The notes below the pieces were generated by a model. It did no database searches and was not told where the DNA came from. It saw nothing but the letters and a program-made list of their open reading frames with translations. Below are positions 34,078 through 40,000 of a DNA stretch of 40,000 bases, in pieces. This stretch comes from Opitutales bacterium. GTDB lineage: Bacteria > Verrucomicrobiota > Verrucomicrobiia > Opitutales > UBA953. The translations under genes were made by a program, and so were the position numbers. Numbering within the stretch: position 1 is the first letter of the stretch; each line of letters opens with the position of its first letter. Location of the stretch: positions 160,354 to 200,353 of the forward strand of contig JAFXKI010000003.1 in the NCBI GenBank assembly GCA_017531845.1. Direction: 5' to 3'.

Positions 34078-35613
34078 TTACCCCAGCTTGATCAGTTCTT
34101 CCGTGGCGGGGATGTCTTTGATGATTTGGGAGGGGAGCGGGCCGACGCCGATGTAGCGGAGGTTCGGGAGCGCGGGAGCGTCGGCAAGTTCGACGATGGT
34201 CTTCATCACGAACGCGATGTAGCGTTTGGCGTTCTCGGGAAGGTCGTTAAACGAGCGCACGCCGGAAATGTCTTCCGTCCAGCCCGGGAGCGTTTCGTAG
34301 ACGGGGACGAGCGTCTGGCGCAGCGCGTCGTTGCGCGGCACGTGTTTGTAAATTTTTCCGTCCGGTCCCTTGTAGGCTACGCATACGAGCAAGTCGCCGC
34401 CCTGCCATTCGTCGGCGGGCGAAAGCGCATCGAGCTTGTTGATGACCAAATCCTGATAACCGCCGTAGCGGAGCGCGTCGGCTTTTTCCACGCAGTCGCA
34501 CCAGCCGACCATGCGCTGACGCCCGGAAACGACACCGAATTCGAGTTTTTTCAGGCGTTTGCAAAGCGGATGCTCGTCGTCCATTTGCGTAAGGAAAACG
34601 TGCGTGCCGACCTTGGTATCGTAAGCCTTGCAGCAGCCCATCGTGTGCACGGGCTGCGCGGGAATGCCGGCGGATTGGAAAAATTCCGGAGTAAAGGTGT
34701 GCGAAGCGGTAACGTTCGGCGGGAAGCCGTGGCGTTTGTCGAGCCAATAAGCCTGCCCGAATTCGCCGATGATGTATTCACCGCGCTTCATCGTATCGAG
34801 CACGAGATCGCGCACATCGCAAATCGCGGGAACAAGCTCCTGCCCTGCGTTCCAGTAAACTTCGATCACTTTTTCGCGGTTAAACTTAAACGGCGTTCCC
34901 GCGTCGAATTGCGTGAAGTCGAAATCGGCTTCGGTGAAAATGCCGTCTTTAATGGCGGGCGCGTTCCCGCGCACTTCGGCGGCGGTGAGTTTTTTGAAAA
35001 ATTCGCTCCAAAGCTCCGGCGCCACGCGGCAAACGTGCTCAATCGTGCGCTCGGCGCGGTCCATGCGCGCGTTCATTTTTTCTTCGAAAACTTCCTTCGG
35101 TCCGAGGAAATCCGCGTAGGTAATTTGCCATTGTCCTACTTCGTCGCAATATGCGGGCGTGATTCCGCGCCCCGTGGAGCCGCGCGGCAGGTGCTTCAAG
35201 ACGTTCACGCGGTAATCCTCAAACGCGAGGTCGAGCATGCGGTGCGAAACGTCGCTGAGCATCGTGCGCTCGTCGATGCGCAGGCGCGAATAAATCGGGA
35301 TGTCCATCTTTTCGAGCGGGCGCGCTTCCCAGTGGAATTTGCGCGGATCGGCAACGACACCGGCACCGATGGCAAGCACGGCAACATCCTTTTCGATCAC
35401 GCCCGCAGGAAGCAGGTTGAGCTTGAGCCCGCCGACGGTGTGCCCGGAATTGGCGCCGCCGTTCACTTTCATAACGACGGAAACGATCCCGCGCTTGCCG
35501 GTTTCGGCTTGAAGCTCGCGAATGACTTCGGGAATGAGGCGTCCCTTGCCTTCGTCTCCGGTGCTGATTCCGGTGTCTGCAATGAGTTGGCTGCAAAAAG
35601 AAATGAGTGCCAT
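34078..35613 (-). CDS. purA: Adenylosuccinate synthetase family protein, unusually long (511 aa)
   Basis: PurA blocks GDEGKG (P-loop), [20 protein letters not shown]. The 536-aa plus-strand ORF 34072-35682 is its antisense shadow. Confidence 0.8.
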   Translation of the reverse strand: MALISFCSQLIADTGISTGDEGKGRLIPEVIRELQAETGKRGIVSVVMKVNGGANSGHTVGGLKLNLLPAGVIEKDVAVLAIGAGVVADPRKFHWEARPLEKMDIPIYSRLRIDERTMLSDVSHRMLDLAFEDYRVNVLKHLPRGSTGRGITPAYCDEVGQWQITYADFLGPKEVFEEKMNARMDRAERTIEHVCRVAPELWSEFFKKLTAAEVRGNAPAIKDGIFTEADFDFTQFDAGTPFKFNREKVIEVYWNAGQELVPAICDVRDLVLDTMKRGEYIIGEFGQAYWLDKRHGFPPNVTASHTFTPEFFQSAGIPAQPVHTMGCCKAYDTKVGTHVFLTQMDDEHPLCKRLKKLEFGVVSGRQRMVGWCDCVEKADALRYGGYQDLVINKLDALSPADEWQGGDLLVCVAYKGPDGKIYKHVPRNDALRQTLVPVYETLPGWTEDISGVRSFNDLPENAKRYIAFVMKTIVELADAPALPNLRYIGVGPLPSQIIKDIPATEELIKLG

Positions 35614-35829
35614 GGCTTATATAGAAAGTTCGAAATGTGTTGTAAAAAAACTAACGCAAAAGCGTGTTCGGTTAAAGATTAAAGACGCCCCTTCCGCCGA
35701 TAAAAAGGGATTTACATCGCTTTTTGTCGGCTTCTTAAAAAGCTCATGCTCAACCGCCGACATCCAAAGCAGCGGGAGCACGCGGAATCGCCACCGCCCG
35801 TAAAAAATCGAGCGAGGACTGCGTTCCCG

Positions 35830-37260
35830 CTACATCAGCGGGCGAAACAAATCGGCAAAGCGTTTGATGATACCGCCGAATGCGCCGTTGGAGAAAAATA
35901 CAACGAGCGCGGGAGCATCCGGCGTTGCGGCATCGGCGAGCGATTCCAGCAACGCGAGCAATTGCTCCGTCGTCTCCGGAGCGTGCGCTTCAACCCCGCG
36001 GGAACGCAATGCTTCCGCGACTTCCGCCGTATTCATTTTTTCCGCGCCTCCCGAAGCATGATGCACGGGCGCAATGAGCGCGGCGTCCGCGTTCCCGAGC
36101 GCGTCCGTAAACGCATCCTGCAAAAGCTTGCGCACGGCGGTGTTGCTGCGCGGCTCGAAGGCGGCGATGAGCTTGCGGTTCGGGTAGCGTTCCCGCAGCG
36201 CTTGGAGTGTGAGCTTGAGCGCTGTCGGGTGATGGCCGAAATCCTCGATCGCAACGAGCGACGGCGTATCGACGAGGATTTCCCGGCGACGCTTTACGCC
36301 TTGGAATTTTGACAAATTTTCGAGCGGGAACGCCCACTCCGGTTTGTCCGTTGCCGTGTAAAGCGCGCACGCCGTCGCCGCCATCGCCGCGTTGCGCGCG
36401 TTGAAAATGCCGGATTGCGCCCAAGCGACGTGCCCCCACGCGTTCCCGCGCCAAGTCAAATCAAACTCGGAACCTTCGGGAGTTTCACGGAAATTCAAAA
36501 TGCGAATGTCGCAGTTTTCGCCGGTGCCGACGCGTAGCACCGGAGCCCAGGAAACGTTTTCCAAGAGCGGTGCGATATTTTCGTCGTCGCCGTTTGCCAC
36601 GATGTAGCCGTTGCGCGGCACGAGGCGAATAACGTGCGCAAACGTGCGCTGAACATCTTGCAGGTCGCGGAAAATATCCGCGTGGTCAAATTCCAAATTA
36701 TTCAGCAAAAGGATTTCCGGCAGGTATTGGATAAATTTGCTGCGCTTGTCAAAAAATGCCGTGTCGTATTCGTCGCCTTCGATAACAAATGCGCCGCCGT
36801 CCGTTCCCGGCGCAGAGCCGCCCGGCAAATCACGCGGCACGCCGCCGATGAGCCAGCCGGGATTTTCTCCGTGTTCCCGCAAAAGAAACGCCGCAATCGA
36901 AGACGTCGTCGTCTTGCCGTGCGTTCCCGCGACGACGAGGTTGTGCCGGTTTTTCAAAAGCCGCGTGCGCAGCAATTCCGGAAGCGAAACGTAGTCGAGC
37001 GCGCGCGACTCCAGGAGCCATTCCATTTCGGGATGTCCGCGCGAGACGACGTTCCCGACGACGACCAAATCCGGATTGATAAACGCGAGCCGTTCAGCGC
37101 TGTAACCGTCGTAAATTTTCACGCCGGAATTTAAAAGCATGTCCGACATCGGCGGGTAAATGCCCTTGTCCGATCCGGAAACTTCGTGCCCGAGCGCGCG
37201 CATCAGCAAGGCGGCATTCCCCATCGCCGTGCCGCAAATTCCCATGAAATAAATGTGCAT
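35830..37260 (-). CDS. mpl: UDP-N-acetylmuramate:L-alanyl-gamma-D-glutamyl-meso-diaminopimelate ligase (murein peptide ligase)
   Basis: MHIYFMGICGTAMGNAALLMRALGHEVSGSDKGIYPPMSDML parallels E. coli Mpl MRIHILGICGTFMGGLAMLARQLGHEVTGSDANVYPPMSTLL. The Mur ligase block VAGTHGKTTT is present. Confidence 0.9.
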   Translation of the reverse strand: MHIYFMGICGTAMGNAALLMRALGHEVSGSDKGIYPPMSDMLLNSGVKIYDGYSAERLAFINPDLVVVGNVVSRGHPEMEWLLESRALDYVSLPELLRTRLLKNRHNLVVAGTHGKTTTSSIAAFLLREHGENPGWLIGGVPRDLPGGSAPGTDGGAFVIEGDEYDTAFFDKRSKFIQYLPEILLLNNLEFDHADIFRDLQDVQRTFAHVIRLVPRNGYIVANGDDENIAPLLENVSWAPVLRVGTGENCDIRILNFRETPEGSEFDLTWRGNAWGHVAWAQSGIFNARNAAMAATACALYTATDKPEWAFPLENLSKFQGVKRRREILVDTPSLVAIEDFGHHPTALKLTLQALRERYPNRKLIAAFEPRSNTAVRKLLQDAFTDALGNADAALIAPVHHASGGAEKMNTAEVAEALRSRGVEAHAPETTEQLLALLESLADAATPDAPALVVFFSNGAFGGIIKRFADLFRPLM

Positions 37261-37396
37261 GAGCAGAGAGATTAAAGTTTAATAGTGAAAGATTAAAAGC
37301 GGAGACAGCGCATTTTTTACAAGCCGAAAAGCGGAGGTCGGGAAACGTGAATCGGTGAAATTACGCGCGAAACTCGTTTCCCGAAGACTCTGCGTC

Positions 37397-39223
37397 CTAT
37401 TCGACAATGCGGACGCCGCCTTTGTCGGCAGAGGCGACCATTTTCGCGTAAGCGCGCAAGGCTTTAGAAATCTTGCGGTTGCGCGTTTTCGGTGTCCACG
37501 CTGCGTTCCCGCGGGATTCTTCTTCCCTGCGGCGGGCGGCGAGCTCTTCGTCGGAAACGCAAACGCGAATCGTGCGCGCGGGAATGTCGATTTCAATCAA
37601 ATCGTTGTCGCGAATCAGTGCGACGTTCCCGCCCGCCGCCGCTTCCGGCGAAATGTGTCCGATGGAAAGCCCCGACGTGCCGCCGGAGAAACGTCCGTCC
37701 GTAATCAGCGCGCAGAGTTCGCCGAGGTGTTTCGATTTGATGTAAGACGTCGGGTAAAGCATTTCCTGCATTCCGGGACCGCCGCGCGGACCTTCGTGCG
37801 TGATGACGACGACATCGCCCGGCCCGACCTTGCCGCCGAGAATGCCTTCGCATGCGTCGTCCTGCGATTCAAACACACGCGCGGTGCCTTTGAATTTGAA
37901 AACCTTTTCGGAAACGCCCGCCGTTTTGACGATGCAACCGTCCTGCGCGATATTGCCGAAGAGCACGGCGAGCCCGCCGTCACGCACGTACGCGTGTTCG
38001 GCATCGCGAATGCAACCGTTTGTGCGGTCTGTATCCAAATTTTCATAACGCGTTTCCTGCGAAGCCATTTCGATGTTGCGCGTTCCCGCGGGCGCGGCGT
38101 GAGCGCGTTCGAGTGCCTCGGCGGAGACGGTCGGCGAATCGATGTCGTTTTGCGCAATCGCTTCGGTAAGCGTCAGCCCGTCGGCGCGGTAAACGTTCCC
38201 GTCGATGAGTCCTTCGGCGGCGAGGCGTCCGATAATCGTCAGGATTCCGCCCGCGCGGTTCACGTCTTCAATGTGATATTTTTTCGTGTTCGGTGCGACT
38301 TTACAAAGCACGGGAACGCGGCGGGAAAGGAAGTCGATGTCCTTCATCGTGAAATCCACGCCGGCTTCCTGCGCGATGGCGAGCAGGTGCAAGACCGTGT
38401 TGGTCGAGCCGCCCATGGCGATATCGAGCGTCATTGCGTTCAGGAACGCGGCGCGCGTGGCGATTTGGCGCGGGAGCACGGTGGCGTCGCCTTTTTCGTA
38501 ATACGCGTAAGCCATTTCGACGATGCGCTTGGCGGCTTTTTCAAAAAGTTTCATGCGCTCTTTGTGCGTTGAAAGCACGGTGCCGTTGCCGGGAAGCGCC
38601 ATGCCGAGCACTTCGTTGAGGCAATTCATAGAATTTGCCGTAAACATGCCGGAACAGGAGCCGCAAGTCGGGCACGCGAGGCGTTCGAGCTCGGCGAGTT
38701 TTTCGTCGGAATATGATTCGTCCGCGCCCTTGACCATGACGTCGATCAGGTCGTATTTTTCGCCTTCGAAATCGCCGGCTTCCATCGGTCCGCCGGAAAC
38801 GAAAATCGCGGGAATGTTCAGGCGCATTGCCGCCATGAGCATGCCGGGCGTAACTTTGTCGCAGTTGGAAATGCAAACGATAGCGTCCACGCGGTGCGCG
38901 TTGCACATGTATTCGACGGAGTCGGCGATGAGATCGCGCGACGGGAGTGAGTAAAGCATGCCGTCGTGCCCCATGGCGATGCCGTCGTCGATGGCGATGG
39001 TGTTAAATTCTGCGGCGAAGCAACCTTGCGCTTCGATGAGCGCTTTCATCTGTTGCCCGATTTTGTGCAAATGCGTGTGTCCGGGAACGAACTGCGTGAA
39101 TGAATTGACGATACCGATAATCGGCTTGCCGAGTTGTTCTTCTTTCATGCCGTTGGCGCGCCAAAGTGCGCGCGCGCCCGCCATGCGGCGACCTTCCGTG
39201 CTGAGTGAACTGCGAAATTTCAT
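37397..39223 (-). CDS. ilvD: Dihydroxy-acid dehydratase
   Basis: From the ATG at 39223: [52 protein letters not shown]...[30 protein letters not shown]...[16 protein letters not shown], near-collinear with E. coli IlvD. The track start 39340 adds an unlikely 39-aa extension. Confidence 0.93.
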   Translation of the reverse strand: MKFRSSLSTEGRRMAGARALWRANGMKEEQLGKPIIGIVNSFTQFVPGHTHLHKIGQQMKALIEAQGCFAAEFNTIAIDDGIAMGHDGMLYSLPSRDLIADSVEYMCNAHRVDAIVCISNCDKVTPGMLMAAMRLNIPAIFVSGGPMEAGDFEGEKYDLIDVMVKGADESYSDEKLAELERLACPTCGSCSGMFTANSMNCLNEVLGMALPGNGTVLSTHKERMKLFEKAAKRIVEMAYAYYEKGDATVLPRQIATRAAFLNAMTLDIAMGGSTNTVLHLLAIAQEAGVDFTMKDIDFLSRRVPVLCKVAPNTKKYHIEDVNRAGGILTIIGRLAAEGLIDGNVYRADGLTLTEAIAQNDIDSPTVSAEALERAHAAPAGTRNIEMASQETRYENLDTDRTNGCIRDAEHAYVRDGGLAVLFGNIAQDGCIVKTAGVSEKVFKFKGTARVFESQDDACEGILGGKVGPGDVVVITHEGPRGGPGMQEMLYPTSYIKSKHLGELCALITDGRFSGGTSGLSIGHISPEAAAGGNVALIRDNDLIEIDIPARTIRVCVSDEELAARRREEESRGNAAWTPKTRNRKISKALRAYAKMVASADKGGVRIVE

Positions 39224-39243
39224 AGTGGGGCGAAATCCTACGC

Positions 39244-39261
39244 GCGTTCCCGCGGGAACGC
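39244..39261. repeat. Perfect 18-bp palindrome made of two CGGGAACG words, in the ilvD 5' region
   Basis: GCGTTCCCGCGGGAACGC, 21 nt upstream of the ilvD ATG. Confidence 0.85.
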
Positions 39262-39401
39262 AAAGCGTTTGTTTTTGAATTTTGGGGAAGTCGGGGGAAG
39301 GTAACTGGGAGCTGGGAATTAAAAATATATGAAGCGGCAAATAAAAAAATCTGAGTTGACAAGGCAGTGCGAAAAGTTTTTCCTTGGCGAGACATTTTCA
39401 C

Positions 39402-39479
39402 GGTGGATGTAGCTCAGTTGGTTAGAGCATCGGATTGTGGTTCCGAGGGTCGCGAGTTCAAATCTCGTCTTCCACCCCA
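39402..39479 (+). tRNA. tRNA-His (anticodon GTG) with an encoded G-1 and 3' CCA
   Basis: Cloverleaf by hand. G-1 plus acceptor GTGGATG/CTTCCAC (one T-T mismatch). D arm GCTC-AGTTGGTTA-GAGC. Anticodon stem TCGGA/TCCGA with loop TTGTGGT (anticodon GTG). T arm GCGAG-TTCAAAT-CTCGT. Discriminator C followed by CCA. Confidence 0.9.
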
Positions 39480-39483
39480 TTTA

Positions 39484-39514
39484 AAAAGCCCGCTTGAATG
39501 CGGGCTTTTCGTTT
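39484..39514 (+). terminator. Intrinsic terminator after tRNA-His
   Basis: Stem AGCCCGC/GCGGGCT with loop TTGAAT, then TTTTCGTTT. Confidence 0.8.
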
Positions 39515-39532
39515 ACGGATTTTGCGGAATAC

Positions 39533-40000
39533 TCAATCCCGATTTATCCAAAGCGAGCTCGAAAGCGGCGGAAGTGTAAGGATATTGCCGGAAAAACCGA
39601 AACCGTCTTCAGCGGGAACGCCGTCCGCATCGAATGTTTCGGAGGTTGCCACACAGCGGAATCCGGAGAAACGCGCCTCGGGAATTTGCACCTGCGCGGG
39701 AACGGTACGCGGGTTCAGCGTCAGAATATACTGCAAGCGTCCCTGTGCATGATTGTCGTTATAAACGGCGACAACGGCGGTATTTGTCTGGTCCGGATAG
39801 AAACGGAAAAAACCTTTGGAAACATTTGTGCGTTGGCGGAAAAGCCGTCCGTCCGGAGAAAGCCGGAACCGAATCCACGCGGAGACAAAATCCTGCGTTC
39901 CCGCGAATTTTTTCATGCGCGCGTAATCGAGGGCATTTTCCTCTCCGTCAAGATAGGTATTGTTTTTTCCGTGCTTTGTACGCAGAAAATCCTGCCCTTC
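39533..40000 (-). CDS. Hypothetical protein, C-terminal part only (the ORF stays open to the window edge)
   Basis: The track lists 39533-39916 from an internal Met. Upstream codons remain open in frame to position 40000 (...EGQDFLRTKHGKNNTYLDGEENALDYARMKKFAG...), so the gene probably starts outside the window. Confidence 0.55.
   Translation of the reverse strand, partial: EGQDFLRTKHGKNNTYLDGEENALDYARMKKFAGTQDFVSAWIRFRLSPDGRLFRQRTNVSKGFFRFYPDQTNTAVVAVYNDNHAQGRLQYILTLNPRTVPAQVQIPEARFSGFRCVATSETFDADGVPAEDGFGFSGNILTLPPLSSSLWINRD

Noticed and set aside
34072-35682. 536-aa plus-strand ORF
   Set aside because: Antisense shadow of the purA-like gene (34078-35613, minus), which carries [15 protein letters not shown] and GSTGRGI. 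The plus-strand product has no recognisable features.
37355-38572. 405-aa plus-strand ORF
   Set aside because: Antisense shadow of ilvD, which is near-collinear with E. coli IlvD on the minus strand.
39480-39533. Integration site (att) or integrase next to tRNA-His
   Set aside because: No repeat of the tRNA 3' end and no integrase gene is visible within the remaining 500 nt. The downstream gene looks like an ordinary host gene carrying the CGGGAACG word.

Overview
This 40-kb window comes from a moderately high-GC Gram-negative bacterium. LpxK, GmhA, lipobox lipoproteins and a PEP-CTERM sorting signal point to a PVC-type lineage (Verrucomicrobia, Lentisphaerae or Kiritimatiellae-like), but taxonomy cannot be verified here.

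Core genes, all recognisable by direct motif reading:
- ettA (partial; missing from the ORF track because it runs off the window edge)
- a 760-aa Sel1-repeat protein
- a Fic AMPylase
- leuB
- a GH20 hexosaminidase
- panD, lpxK and gmhA
- a GH16 glucanase
- a metallophosphoesterase
- an IdeS/Mac-like C66 protease with a PEP-CTERM anchor
- an acyltransferase-3 protein
- a long purA-like gene, mpl and ilvD
- tRNA-His

The long plus-strand ORFs at 236-1660, 34072-35682 and 37355-38572 are antisense shadows of real minus-strand genes.

Two low-GC accessory islands interrupt the core.

Island 1 and its flanks (about 18.7-26.1 kb) hold the most interesting content:
- A two-repeat, one-spacer mini-CRISPR with a type I-C-like repeat (19817-19911, minus orientation). 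It abuts a 124-aa ORF and sits among phage-relic genes.
- A low-GC minus-strand cassette: an RHH regulator, an HsdR_N-type PD-(D/E)xK nuclease, a 318-aa unknown, an overlapping 4-TM protein and an 85-aa protein. This is a candidate uncharacterised defence system.
- A divergently transcribed orphan adaptation module: an unknown 116-aa ORF, a frameshifted I-C cas1, and cas2. No effector genes are present.
- Twin palindromic operators in the 60-bp divergent promoter between the cassette and the adaptation module.

Island 2 (about 26.6-33.7 kb) is a decaying defence-type island containing:
- an FGE/SUMF1 pseudogene
- two lipoproteins
- a frameshifted Mrr-like nuclease
- a truncated Dcm methyltransferase
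- a HEPN-motif protein
- a membrane protein
- an ankyrin plus AlbA_2 (Schlafen-like) fusion

Across the whole window the word CGGGAACG (reverse complement CGTTCCCG) is strongly over-represented. I tallied about 100 copies by eye against an expectation of about 5-7. It occurs in all reading frames and in intergenic DNA, forms inverted pairs at terminators, and is absent from island 1. This is a DUS/USS-like signature.

All calls rest on reading the sequence and translations by eye. No database search was run.
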